Under the pieces are notes generated by a model, which was not told the DNA's origin, did no database searches, and worked only from the letters and a program-made list of their open reading frames with translations. A program made the position numbers and the translations under genes. A DNA stretch of 64,000 bases, taken from NCBI GenBank assembly GCA_951406725.2, contig OX597814.1, forward strand, positions 164,982,001-165,046,000. Direction: 5' to 3'. The DNA is from Octopus vulgaris. Lineage: Eukaryota. Numbering within the stretch: the stretch's first letter is position 1; each line of letters opens with the position of its first letter. Below, one piece after another: positions 42,663 through 56,319 of the stretch.

Positions 42663-43550
42663 ATGGCTAAAAGTTATTTTTATTTGGACCTTAGTGGTTC
42701 CGAATAGTCCTCTTCGGAGGAGGAAATGGTTATCGCAATCGAAAAGATGGATGAATTACTGAAGAAGAAGAGCTTCGCTGAAGCGGCAGAAATAAAGAAG
42801 AAAGATGTGAACCTGGCAAATATCAAAAGAGACGAAAAAATGGCATGCAAAGTGGGTGGTGACGTTGGGCTGTCACTACACCAGAAGAAAATAAATTAAT
42901 AGAAAAACCGTGATATGCAAAGTCTACTCAGTACAGAAAAGAAAAATCGAACGCATGGAAGAAGGAATTTTAGAAAAGGCATTATGTTCAGTCTGGCCAG
43001 ACATTACGAACCAGACCAGAGGGAATAAGTACAGAAGTATCATAGTCCACTACAGAACAGAAGAAAAAGTAAGAGGAAACGCGGTAAAAACAATAAAGAC
43101 GGATAAGGTGGTTCTTCTACCAACTTATATGGGAAGAAGGACATCAAAGATAAAGGTGGAGGGAATTCCACCGGAAATTGATGTGGCTTGGATCGTGGTA
43201 GCTGTTCTCGTGGGAGGTGGAGAAGAAGTAGCCGTCCTCCAAGCCACAAAAATGGACGGATCGGTTTGGAGAGGCAAAGTCTTGGAACTAATCGTACAGG
43301 CAGAAGATGAGACACTAGAAAATTTTGCAGAGACGGTATGGATAGGAGGCCTGGGGTGGAAAGTGTGGGTAGAGGGCAGGACTCCACGCTGTTTTAAATG
43401 TGGCCAAAAAGGCCAGATTAGTGTACACTGCCCTCAGCAGAAGCAGACAGAAGAAAGGATACTGGAAAAGAAGCAAGAAGTGGAAAAAGAGAAAAAAGGA
43501 AGAAAGAGAAGACGAATGGAAGATTGCTAAGGGGAAAAAGGAAGAAAAAA
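42663..43550 (+). mobile_element. Non-LTR retrotransposon ORF1 (gag-like, zinc knuckle), degraded
   Basis: KSFAEAA motif, IKVEGIPPEI, VWVEGRTPRCFKCGQKGQISVHCP (CX2CX4HX4C with H>Q), EWKIAKGKK. Stop and frameshift upstream; truncated next to a SINE. Confidence 0.75.
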
Positions 43551-43574
43551 GTCTCTATGATCCTTTAATAATCC

Positions 43575-43785
43575 CTTCTACTATAGGCACAAGGCCTGAA
43601 ATTTTATGGGAAGGGGTAAGTCGATCACGTCGACCTCAGTACTCAACTGGTACTTATTTTATCGATCTCGAAAGCGTGAAAAGCTAAACTGACTTCTGCG
43701 TAATTTGAACTCAGAACGTAAAGATGAATGACATACTGCTAAGCATTTTGCCCGGCGTGCTAACGATTTTGCCAGCTCGTCGTCC
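43575..43785 (-). mobile_element. SINE family A
   Basis: Reverse complement of family A. Confidence 0.8.
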
Positions 43786-46063
43786 TAACTATGATCCCGT
43801 AATAATAAAAGGGAAAATGGTGCCCCAGTATGACCACATTACAACGATTGAAGCCCGTAAACGAGTAAAAGAGCCACAAATAGCAATAATAGAACATGCA
43901 GCAATAAAAATATCAGCAGAAAACATGACACACCAATAGCAACAAAATGATGGATTACATCAGTTAGAATATGCGAGAGCCTGTATGTGGTCACATCAAG
44001 AGAGAAATAGCAGTCAAATCTCCCTAAAATTACATTCACCCTTGTTATCTTAAAAATGGAAACGAAGATAGCCACTATCATTCTGGAAACATATTAAACG
44101 CGGGATTGCCACGGTAGAATGTCTTTGAGTGTAGAAATGATGACGACGACTACGACGACGATAAAGTCAGCAGCAGCCACAACAAAATGAGTAAAAATAT
44201 CAACAACAACAGCAACTGCGTAAAAGAAATAAAGCCACGGGAAATAGCACAACAACAATGGCTACAACGACGACGATCACAAGAACAACCAGTGTTACTT
44301 GAGTAGCAATAACAGAACAAACCAGACAGAAATACCAAGTACAAAATTGATGACAACTATGACAACAATATCTGCAGTAACAACAATAATAATATTTTCA
44401 ATATACCTCAGCGCCCTACCTTCAGGGTACTTCGCACCTTACCCCCAGCTATTTACGGTGGTTTGTTCAAATGTCAGCACGCGCGCGCGCGCACACACAA
44501 AAACACAGGGACACACACACACACTATACGGAGGTTATCGGGTAACATTTTCCAAGAAATCCATTCATGTTATACAATGACATTGAAACTAAAATGCTGG
44601 TTCACCCAACCTCCGCATCGTGTTTTTACGGGATCAAGTTCAACATGAAAGCCAGTGCATTTCTTTTGAAGATCGTGTTCTTCTACCTTATAGACAAACT
44701 ACAACAGATGGTTCCCGTTAACAGCTCAAATTTCAAATGCTTTCACTTGAAAAATACCTTATCTGATGTACTTTTCACAAACTTCTTCCATCACTATCTT
44801 TCTCTTGCCGTCTCACTTTCTTTTATCCCATACAAGTATATTATATCAATTATAGCTTGTTTGTTGTTTGTCGACGAATGAAAACAGTACTCAATACATG
44901 ATGTAAAGTAGGGTGGTAAATCTCCGTCGTCCAACGATGAAAAGACCCTGGTTCAATCATCTGAATAACCGGCTCTTAAATTAACGAATATGTGGCTGAG
45001 CCTTCAATTAACACGTTTAACTTTATGTAGTTCCCTTAATGTATCACAATATGTGATAAAGCTGTATTTTTGAATTACGAGTTCAATCCACCTTACAGGC
45101 TTATATACAATTTTCGTCTACCTAATTTCACCTTCAAAACATGATTCTACCCGAGACTATAGAAACTTTTTTTTAATGTGTACTAAATAATCAACTTACC
45201 ATTGTAAGTGTTCGGAAGGGCTCAATCTAAACAATATATTAACTAGTCGAAAGAGAGCGTTCTACTTTCAAATAAAAAAAAATTGAAACGAAATCGAAGA
45301 TATTATCTGTGATCTGCGGCACTTGATTCTCCATACAAGATTATTGGATCAGTAAGAATATTGGTGAGCTTCATCTTAATGCCTTGCATCAGTTATGATT
45401 TCCAATTTTGCTGGGCACAGCTTTAGCTTTAATCCCCTGATAGTCGATATAATAAAATAAAATAAAGCAGTTTACTTAAGTTGCTTTAATGAACTGTCAC
45501 ACACTTCTTTTGATGGTGGTCTCGACTGATGACCTGATGCCAAACTTATAATCATTATGAAAGTGTCTTATACACGCAAGACAGGGGAGAGAAAATATAA
45601 GTGTTTCAGTTTGTTTCAATGGCTGTCAGTTAAAATATAGGATATCCGGCATTAATTTAAAGAACGTAATATTATGAAACTGTCAGTTTAATCTCATTCC
45701 CATTCTCTATATTTTGCTCATATCAACGAGGGAAGCGGAAAAATAAAACCAGTTCTAATAACAAGTTAAATTATATCGTCGAAAATGTAGCTCTCACAAG
45801 ATATTTTCCCGCCCAGAAATTTACATTCATCTCCTATCTTTTTTCAATTTTCTTTTCACAACCTTCTCATTCACGAACCTTTTGATGTTGTGCGATGCCA
45901 AAAACAGCTTGCTTTCCCCAAAACCTCATTAATAATTTTACACCAGTTGAACATATCTTTTACGTTACACTCATAATATATTTTTTCTTTCCATATTTTT
46001 CGACGTATTCCTTGTCAACAGCTATAACTCCAGTAGCGATACGTTTGTTGGAGTATATATCCC

Positions 46064-46113
<50 letters not shown>

Positions 46114-46306
46114 AGTCTGTTAGTGTATGTTTTTCTGTATGTGTGTGTGTTTCTGAGTGTGCGTGTATGTGGTGTCCTTGTACAGAATATTGTAAGCTAT
46201 AGGATATTCTTAACCGTTTATCATTATATCTAGCCATGACATCTAAAATCTCTAAGATTCTACATTAATCTCTCAGATGTTTCCTCTCTCTCTCTCTCTC
46301 TCTCTA

Positions 46307-46382
<76 letters not shown>

Positions 46383-47588
46383 GTATATCAATCTATATTT
46401 CTCTCTCTCTTTCTCCCTTTCTATTTCTCCCTGTCTCTGTCTCATTTACTCAATTTCTTCCATCTACCCTTCTTTCACATTCATTTTCTCCATTTTCCCC
46501 CTCGTCTTCTCACTCAGTCTCTCTCTCTTTCACTCTCTCTCTCTCATTCTCTAACTCAATAACCCACCCCATTCCCTCTCTCTTCCATATATTTTAACTC
46601 AGTCCTATATTTATGAAATCGGCTGTGCATATGCGTGAAACAGGAGATTGAGGGCAGCTGGCATAAACGAAGATCGCCGTGCTGTAGGTAGCATTAGAGG
46701 GTGTATGTGGCGTATAACAGGAGAAAGGGGGAGGCATGGAGGGAGAAAGAGAGAAAGTGAAAGTACTAAAGAGTAGAAAATTAGACACAAATTGATAGCA
46801 AGGATTGCTATTAATTTGTTAGACTGGTATAAAACGCCAGATTTTCAAGGAATCTGGTGTGTTTGTTTAAATTGTACAATACTTCAGTTTAGTAAGCAAT
46901 GAAAATTAAAGGTAAATCTGAAATAGACAGCATTTGAATTTAGAACAAATAGAGGTAACACTAAATATTTTGGAAATGATTTAGTTGAGTGTCCAGACGA
47001 TTCTGCCACACCATCATCTTAACTTGTTTGGAATACATAAATAATTTAGATATTTTCATGTAAGAAGCAGAGTTGTTGGAGTTCAGTAGAAAATGCTCTG
47101 TATTATTTGTTCCGAAACTCTGCACATTGATATGATAAAGGATAAATGATAAAAAGAGACAACAGACAATGTCTATTGATACATTGTTGTGTATTACGTG
47201 AACGCAGATTTTTTTCCCTATTGAACAGTAAGGTGTTGGAAAAGACAAGAGATTTATATTTCGATGCACAAATGTACATTAAAAAAAGTTACTCTAAGGG
47301 AGTTTGTACAATATTGGTCGCTAAGTTTTTTTCATCAATTAACTAGTGCACTCATAAAAGATATTAGAGTCTTGTAATACTGACAATAAGAAATACACTA
47401 AGGAGTTTATTAGTTTTAATTTATCTACACAGGTGTATCAACGTGTGTATGTGTATGTGCACTTTGCGTGTGTGTATAAAATGCCCGGTACAATGTTCCA
47501 CGTATATAAGGATCATTGTATATATGTATATTGCATCTTAACACTTGAGCCCCATTATGAACCTTTCTAAGTATTTTTATATATATTG

Positions 47589-47648
47589 GAGTCTGACGAG
47601 TTGTCTGTAAGGCTAAACGCCTTATAGAGGCGAAACCATTAGTCACTT
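47589..47648 (+). ncRNA. Minimal type-I hammerhead ribozyme
   Basis: gagt-CTGACGA-GTTGTCTGTAAGGC taaac GCCTTATAGAGGC-GAAAC-CATTA-GTC-actt; intact core and GUC site. Confidence 0.78.
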
Positions 47649-47772
47649 GTGACCGGCCATACAACTAACTTCCTGTAAATACATTACTGTTCAAACGTTT
47701 AAAATGTGCTTCTTTTTCGGATATATGATTTACTGAAGATATATGTGTGTATGTGTGTTTGACTGCCTGTGC

Positions 47773-47812
<40 letters not shown>

Positions 47813-47814
47813 AT

Positions 47815-47861
<47 letters not shown>

Positions 47862-48055
47862 GGGAATATAACTCCAAAACTTACAGGGAAAAATTCAATT
47901 TAACAGTTTTAAATCAAATTTCACAATTTTAGAGAAAAACCACTATTAAACAATTCAATAAAGAAAGATGTTATTCACACCATATAGAAAACATATACTA
48001 TAAAAAACCTTATTTCAAATCAATAATGTACAATAAATAGTAAATAGTAGTAAAA

Positions 48056-48175
48056 AGACTACGCACATTTCATGGCTATATTTTCAAATAGATAATAATA
48101 ATAAAATCAATTCCATTCACAATTAAATCGCACTAAAATTAATTCTATTTAAAAATATAGTCACTCATCAGGTCT
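48056..48175 (-). ncRNA. Hammerhead ribozyme with extended stem II
   Basis: Minus: agac-CTGATGA-GTGACTATATTTT...AAAATATAGCCAT-GAAAT-GTGC-GTA-gtct. Confidence 0.7.
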
Positions 48176-50570
48176 AAGATAATAAATAATAAAAAATAAA
48201 CAATGATAATAATAGAATAAATGTTCTTATCTTAACTTATACTAATTATCAAATAAATATATTTAAAAAATACGTGTATTAACTATAAATAATCAAAAAG
48301 CATTTAACTATATTTCTTAAAATAAAAATATAACTTATCTTGTCGAATGATTTTAGTTAACTAACAATTTAAACGTAAAACGTCGAACTTAGCGTTTATA
48401 AGAAATAAGAAATATATCGCGCGAAAATATGGCGTAAATAGAATTTATCGAAGAAGTAGATAGAAATATGTATTTAAGCTATTAAAATGACAAATGTATT
48501 TTAGGTGTAAGAATAAAGGAAAAATTAATTTTAATATACTATTAACTGGAAAAATTGTAAAGTCTAAATAATTGAAATACTAAATACGTGAAATACATAA
48601 TATAATAAACATGGATTAAGCTAAAATTCTATAATTTAATCTATTTTCATTAATTGATTTATTTATTTTATAAATATCTAATATTCAACTTATTCTAATT
48701 ATGTAATATAGACTATATAATCTCATGCTAATTTATATACATTTTACTACTACAAATTATAACTACTACAATTAGTAACATAAAACAGGGTTTATATATA
48801 TACACAAAATAGCTAAACTTATTATATAAGTAATTTTATTGATGTCTACGTGTAATTTTTCGTTCGTCGAGGGATTTTAAATAATTTTTATTATTAGTTA
48901 ATAATATCTCCTTAAATTCGTTAGTACATAATAAACAAAAATTACTGCCTATTCGCCTTACAAACTATCCCCCAATTTAAATTGTACTTAATATTTTTAG
49001 ATTTTAGTTCCCATATATATTTACTAAGGCCAGTAGAATTAATTAAATTTCTATTTTTAAAAGAATTCATGTGTTGAGCCACCCGTAATTTAATTTTATT
49101 AGTAGTCGACCCTATGTAAATTGCATTTAAATTATAACCATTGCTATTATTATCATCAATCAAAGTCACTATGCATTTATATACTACATCATCGAAATTA
49201 AATTTATTATTAAATTTACAATTACTTTTATCTACTCTTATTATTATTCGAATAATTATTTGATTTGTTTTTGTAAAATTTATTCAGCTTAAATTTATTA
49301 AAGGAAAAAATAATATTACCTGCATTATTAGTAGTAGAATAACCAACTCCCAAAAATTATTACTAGAAAAAATGCTATTATATCTTTATTATGTCTAATG
49401 AATAGTTCAATTATAGTTAAAATCTCTTTAATAATGTTTTTTTTAACTTGAGCTCCATGACGAATAATTAGCCAAATTTTGTTATTATTAATATTATTAT
49501 ATCTATTTTTTATATTATTAAATTTATTATTATCATTAAATAAATGAAATTTAATCTTATTTTTTAGTCTATTATTGTATTTATGTTTTGTATTATCATA
49601 ATACATATTATTAATACTGTAATTACCTAAATAAAACGTATCATAATTCTTAATGTTAGGCTTATTATTATAAAAAATATAAGAATCATTTATATTATAA
49701 TCTTTTATATTATAATCATATTTAGAAGTATTAAATAATTTAACATTATTATTATATCCCGCCTCTCGCAGGGCTTCATTATAATAAGGTGCGTGTTTTT
49801 TGGAAAATCTCAAAATTAGAAGAAAGCAACAATATACTTATACCTATATCATCTATCAATAATTTCTTAATAGAAGGTGAGTGATTACTATTAGCATTAA
49901 TATATCCAAGGTTTTCATTAATTTTATGGAATGGTTGGGATTTACCTGTTATTAAATTAAAATTAGCATGTAAATAATTAGCATTATAGTTCTCATTATA
50001 TATAGTAATACTCAATCCATATATTTAAAAAAAAACTATATAGTTTCTTTTATATAATTCTAGTGTTCAATTGGTGCAATTCTTAGTTATTAATAAAAGG
50101 TCATGCTTATACAGACCACCCTCCAATTTTAATTTTTCTAATTGAAGTTCCGATAATAATTAAATAACTATTAAATCAGTTGCCTGTGCAGAATCGGGTG
50201 CCCCCATAGGTATATCAAAATAGTCCCTAGTATCCTTCCTAGCACACAATTTATTATTATATCTAATCAACGATTTCCTAGCCGTTTTAACAACATCAAC
50301 TTCATCATAAGTCATTCCTACCATAAAGTAGGGCCTTATTGAGTACTATCTCATTAATAGAAGAATAATAATTATCTATATTTATTTGAATGAATTTATA
50401 TCTATTTTCATCTTTACTATTAAACCATTTTAAAGTATCATTAGTACTAGTCCAAAGTTTAAGTTAATTATTTTCATTTAAGCTATTAATATATTTATCT
50501 AAAATGATCTTACTTAATTTACCTAGATCTGATTTTCATGGACAAATAAGTCTAACTTTTCACGCGATAA

Positions 50571-50772
50571 AATTTTCGGAATACAGTCGTTCTTTAGAAA
50601 CTTTTACGGAAGTGTATCTATTTTCAAAATAATATTTGTTCTGACACATAGTTTGAACTAACTCACCTACTCAATATATTGCCACTTGATGCTATAATCA
50701 TGGTTTGTACTCAGCTTCCTGGAGCCTGAAATAACCGTTATTGCTTTTGACATCTTTATTTCTGCAGAAAAC
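50571..50772 (-). repeat. Inverted copy of 52251-52453 inserted inside the PLE
   Basis: Reverse-complement match over ~200 bp (~90% by eye). Confidence 0.88.
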
Positions 50773-51037
50773 ATTCTGGAGATAAAATTTTCCATTGATA
50801 TATTTCTTATTTCTTATAAACGCTTAATTCGACAATGTAAAGTATAGAAGCCACGTTTAAATTGTTAGTTAACGAAAGTCATTCGACAAGATAAGTTATA
50901 TTTTTATTTTAAGAAATATTGTTAAATGCTTTTCGATTATTAATAGTTAATACATGTATTTTTATATATATTTATTTGATAATTAGTATAAGTTAAGTGC
51001 ATTTATTCTATTATTATATTTTATTTTTTATTATCTT

Positions 51038-51155
51038 AGACCTGATGAGTGACTATTTTTAAATAGAATTAATTTTAGTTCGATTTAATTATGAATCTAA
51101 TTGATTTTATTATTATTATCTATTTGAAAATATAGCCATGAAACGTGCGTAGTCT
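51038..51155 (+). ncRNA. Hammerhead ribozyme with extended stem II (intact core)
   Basis: agac-CTGATGA-GTGACTAT...(91 nt between the core halves)...ATAGCCAT-GAAAC-GTGC-GTA-gtct. Confidence 0.75.
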
Positions 51156-51424
51156 TTTTACTACTATTTACTATTTATTGTACTTTATTGATTTAAAATA
51201 AGATTTTTTAAAGTATGTTTTCTATATGGTGGGAATAACATTTTTCTTTATTTAATTGTTTAATAGTGGTTTTTCTCTGAATTATATACATACATACATT
51301 CATACATACATACATACATCCATCCATCCATCCATCCATCCATCCATACATACATACATACATACATACATACATACATACATACATACATACATACATA
51401 CATACATACATACATACATACATG

Positions 51425-51456
<32 letters not shown>

Positions 51457-51654
51457 TACTCGTAGAGGTTCCAGTCATTGACCGGACATTAAAAGCAAAA
51501 TGTAATTGCGTGTATGGGTGTGTATGTATGAATATATGTATGCGTGTATATCCATGCGCGCGCACAAACACACACACATATATACATATATATATGTGTG
51601 TGTGTGTGTACACATACAAACTTACAAACATACGTACATATATATATATACATG

Positions 51655-51710
<56 letters not shown>

Positions 51711-52081
51711 TTGTGAGAGAGGAAAAGAACGAGACACAAAAAGAGATAACGGAAGAAAGACAGAAAGAAAGAAAAAGGATGGAAAGAAGGAAGGCAGGAA
51801 GGAAAGAATAAGAGAGATTATAAACATTACAAACAAAATTCAAGAGAAAGAATAACAGATTATTTGACGTCACAAACTGACCACATTTTTAAGAATGAGC
51901 TGTATACATTCTCCATTGTATTTCATTAACTTCCGGATATAAGAGTTTCTCTATTCTAGTATGAAACTTCCTTGTGACCTCAAAAAGTCTTCAAATAATT
52001 ATATTCTGTTCTATTTGCAGGTTGATAAATTGAGTGTGCGTGCGCACTCGCGCGGGTGTGTGCACTTGTGTGAGTGTAGTG

Positions 52082-52123
<42 letters not shown>

Positions 52124-52589
52124 ACGTAGAGAATTACTAGGTTGTCTGATAAACGGAAACAAACGTTTCAGAAGAAAATATATGATTAGAAAAGAATTTC
52201 AACATTATTTCAAAAACTGAAGCTTGATAACTAATGCTTCCAAAATAGTTGTTTTTCTCCAGAAGTGAAAATGTCAAAAGCAATAACGGTTATTTCTGGC
52301 TCCAGGAAGCTGAGTACAAACCATGATTATAGAAGCAAGTGGCAATATATTGAGTAGGTGAGTTAGTTCAAACTATGAGTCAGAACAAATATTACTTTGA
52401 AAATAGATGCACTTCCGGAAAATTGTCTAAAGAACGACTGTATTCCGAAAATTAATGGAAACTTTAGTTAAGCATTGACGTATTGAAAAAAATTGGATAG
52501 TTAAATAAAACATTACGATTAAAATTACTTGGAACATTGTCAATACTAAGTCAAAACACGCACTTGAAACAGCATTAGATTAAAATCAT

Positions 52590-52794
52590 CCTTCCTGCTA
52601 GAGGCACAAAGCCTGAAATTTTGTGGGAGAGGACTAGTTTATTACATCGACCCCAATCTTACGTTAGTACTTACTTTATCGACCCCGAAAGTAAAAATTT
52701 GACCTCGGTGGAATTTGAACTCAGAACATAAAGAAGGATGAAATGCTGCTAAGAATTTTGCCCTGTGTGCTAACGATTCTGCCAGTTCGTCGTC
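52590..52794 (-). mobile_element. SINE family A
   Basis: Reverse complement of family A. Confidence 0.8.
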
Positions 52795-53046
52795 TTAACA
52801 TTAGATTTAAATAATGAAGCTCATTAAATCGTATACACAAACATAGGACGGGACTAGCAAAATTTTAGGTTATCAGATGAATTCGTTCGGTATCTTTATT
52901 CTATTTAAATTATATGACCATGATTACCAGAATAGTAATTCAAATATTTAATTTTATTATTTAAAATATAGAAACTAAATAATGACATTAAACACATTTC
53001 AGTTAAAATTCATCTCCATCCCACCCCATCCCCCACATCAGCAGCT

Positions 53047-53153
53047 GTCCGGATGGCTGAGTGGCCTGTGGTGCCAGACTGAAGGTGTGATACTCTAACC
53101 GGCACGAAGAGCATTCCACGAATAGGGAAGGCGTTTTATTTCTCCTCCTGATA
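53047..53153 (+). pseudogene. Decayed intron-containing tRNA-Leu(CAA)-like pseudogene
   Basis: GTCCGGATGGCTGAGTGGCCTGTGGTGCCAGACTGAAG matches the 5' half of metazoan tRNA-Leu-CAA (GTCAGGATGGCCGAGTGGTCTAAGGCGCCAGACTCAAG). Ends CTCCTGATA; length fits an intron; B-box destroyed. Confidence 0.55.
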
Positions 53154-53269
53154 ACAGTTTATATTTTTACCTGTCACATAAATTCCTACCCCTTTATGTT
53201 GGGTTTCTTTCCTTTTATCTGTTTATTTTGATCCTCATTTTACAACAACAATTTTAATGAATCAGTCAC

Positions 53270-54385
53270 TGAACAGTATTCGTATAAGATAACAATGTTT
53301 ACGACTTCATGCGAACGTTTCCCTAATTTGTCAGTGCCTTGCCGGTAGAATTCATCAGGTTTTAACTTGAAGAATTCATAAAGTCACATGTTCAGTTCTA
53401 CATCGTTATTGAACGAAACACCTAACAGACTGTTGGTGATCGACCGGGAAAGGTGAAAAATCAGGATAATAGGATCGGTGTATTAGAAATTTCCAACTGA
53501 GCTCTTGAATAACATGTTAGGTAAAATAGCAACGTGTAGGTGAGAGGGGCGAGCGTTATCGTGTTGAAGAAACACACTGACGCGAGTTGATGTATTTCAG
53601 CTAGATTGCCCTGTTGAGTTGGTACATTTGTTGCACGTAAAGCTCTGCATTGACCGTGTGGTTGTTTTCAAACATTTCGAAGTGGATTAGCACTTACCAT
53701 TCCCACCATATGCGTGGATGAATTTGTCGGGATCCATCCATTCTTTACTGTTTTATATTGATGTAAAAACATCATTCTTCATCATCGGTTCTCTGTTCAT
53801 GAGTAACCTAGTGTTGAACGACGAGCAAACTGGTGGTGATGGAGAAGCACTGGAGTTTGTCTCGTTCGTTCAGAGTGTATCAACTTGCACCGAGTTGTTG
53901 GACCTTACCCTTTAGCGTGAAGGTAACAGGCGACTGTATCATGAGGGCATCTCATTTTCTGGTTCAATTCCCAAGGGAGTTGACACAGATTCTCGTGGAT
54001 GAGCTCCCCCGATCGATCATCATTGAACTCGACAGGTCAGCTGCAGCACGGAGAATCTATGAGGCTGATGTTTCCTCTGTGAAGCATGGAAACCTTTCTC
54101 GTGCCGTTCTTTCTGTAATAGCGCTTTCTTCGTAAGCAGCAGAAATGTCACGAGCGGCTTTGACAACTGTAATAACTCAGTTGAAAGCGAAGAGAAGCGG
54201 ATGTCAAAAATGTCCTTTGTTTTTCTACTCGGCAGTCTGTCGTCATATGTCTGAAAATAAGTACAATTTATTCGAATTTCAAAAACGGTAAACAAGAGCT
54301 GCAAAAAAAAAAATTAAATATTAAGATAAAGTTCATGTGAATTCAAACATGAAAGAAACGAATGAATTCTTGTGACAACCTAATA
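53270..54385 (-). mobile_element. Degraded mariner transposon
   Basis: Minus: TDDEE*CFYIN (TGDEKW), IWWEW*VLIHFEM, LQHDNARP, DFHL.RS; TIR-like end TATTAGGTTGTCAC at 54385. Confidence 0.8.
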
Positions 54386-55154
54386 TTTTGTTTCAGAGAA
54401 ATCTCTCAGAGACTTGGATGTTTCCCTGAGACAAAATATTACTGCTAATACCGTTCTGCGTTTGCATATACATGATAAATGTATATATAATTGTTATTGG
54501 TAATACAGTTTTGTGTAAGTAATATCAATCCTATACCAAAGTTCTGCAGTTCTCCACATCTAAAATTGTTGTTTTCTCTTTAAAATTAAGAACAATTAGG
54601 GCTGACCCATTTTATAAGAACTCACCTGCGTTAGATCTACGAGTCAAAGCCTTTAAGACATAAATTAAAACCTTACATAAATTTCATGTAGAAGGTTTTT
54701 GATAAGTTATGTTCTGAACACGAACATAACATTGAAAAATATATTTTATTAAATACTGTAGGTTACGTTTAAAATTAGCTGAAATGTATCCAAGTAGAAA
54801 GCACCGGTTTTCCAGAAAGTCGAAGACAATAGTACTTAGCACTATATACCGTATTCTATTTCTCTTTATTGTTTGTCTGCGTGTCTACAATTTCTTATAT
54901 TTTTCCTTTTCTTTCTTCTCAGTCCTTTTATTTAACATAAAAGTTTGTCAAGTCAAATTCCAATATATGTGCTACATGAGAGCAAATGGCAACAAAGAAA
55001 ATATTTCTTGTCTTCAGTTATTATATACAAGCTGACGTAATTGGTTGTCTTGACCAGACATTGAATATGCAGAAACAATTTTCTTTTTGGCTTTGTTTTC
55101 TGAAATTACAGGAGTTAACTTCGAAAGTTTTATGTAGTTTAATATTAGTTCCAA

Positions 55155-55347
55155 TCTTTTACAAAAGGCCAGCAATTAAGTTAATTACGTCGACCCTCAG
55201 TACGCAACTGGTAATTATTTTATCGTCCACGAAGTGATGAAAAGCAAGGTCGGTCTCGGCGGAATTTGAAATCAAAACGTAATGACGGAAGGAAATACCG
55301 GTTAAGCATTTTGCGCGGTATGGTAACGATCCTGCCAGCTCGCCGCC
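55155..55347 (-). mobile_element. SINE family A
   Basis: Reverse complement of the GGCGGCGAGCTGGCAG head and body. Confidence 0.8.
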
Positions 55348-56319
55348 TTACAATTTTATATAATGATGTTCACACATATTTTATATTCTGATGAAGCTTC
55401 ACCTTTAAGGTTGAACTTTTTCGGGCTTCAAGGATATGAAAAACTTTTGAGAATGTGTTTATTGTTCATTTTAATTTTTGACATAAAAATTTCACATTTA
55501 TTTTTACTTTCTGTCTTTCGTTTATTTTTTTCCTTTTGTAATTCTATTGACATGAAACACACGAAACAGAAGAGTAATATAGTATCTCTCTGGTGTTCTC
55601 CACTCCTTCTTCATAAATACTCTTGAAGTTACATTTCTTACAGTATTCTAAGATACAATTAAATTATCCTATTACAAGATATTCTATCTTCTGAATTTCT
55701 AGTTTGCCTTCTTTCTCCCGTTCTTTCTGTTTGGCTCTCCTTTCTTTTGGCTCTTCTTTCTTTTACTATATGAGCTTTTCTCTCTCTCTCTCTCCTTCTC
55801 CCTCTCTGAATTTCTTCTCTATTCTCTTCACCAGATTATCTTCCTTTCACCTTCTTTGTCTCGATTAAACGACTATGTTTTTACTGACTTTAGCTAACGT
55901 TGTAATTTAGTCAATCGTTATATCTATTTAGATATTGAAATACTCATATTTAAAAACCTTGCTGTCGTCAAATGTTTATAACATTCTGAAACTAAAAGTT
56001 TTACAAAAACAAACGACGATATGCATGACGTATACACACATACAATCATACAAACATACATACATACATACATACATACATACATACAGACACGTGCATA
56101 CATATACACACAAACATATATATGTATGCATGTATGTATGTATGTATGTATGTATGTATGTATGTATTTATGTATGTATGTATGTATGCATGCATGTATG
56201 TATGTATGTATGTATGTATCTTACTGTTGTTATAATAGATAGAACAAAAAGATAACCATTATATTACTTATTTATGTAATTACGATATTATAAAAATGAG
56301 TATGTTTTTATTCCATTAA

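Larger units (their letters stand above)
47860..51280 (-). mobile_element. Very AT-rich Penelope-like element (probably Naiad-type), degraded, with inverted terminal copy
   Basis: FDIPMGAPDSAQATDL, GGLYKHD (decayed LYRDD), YINANSNHSPSIKK, VVYKC..IYIGSTTNKIKLRVAQHMNSF..STGLSKYIWELK, FCLLCTNE. 47930-48418 is inverted at 50797-51278. Confidence 0.85.

Noticed and set aside
45520-45570. CTGATGA...GAAAGTGTC candidate hammerhead
   Set aside because: Stems I and II do not pair; it looks like the decayed tail of a family A SINE.
55385-55455. CTGATGA...GAAA candidate hammerhead
   Set aside because: No stem II closing onto GAAA and no proper NUH/stem I; at best heavily decayed.
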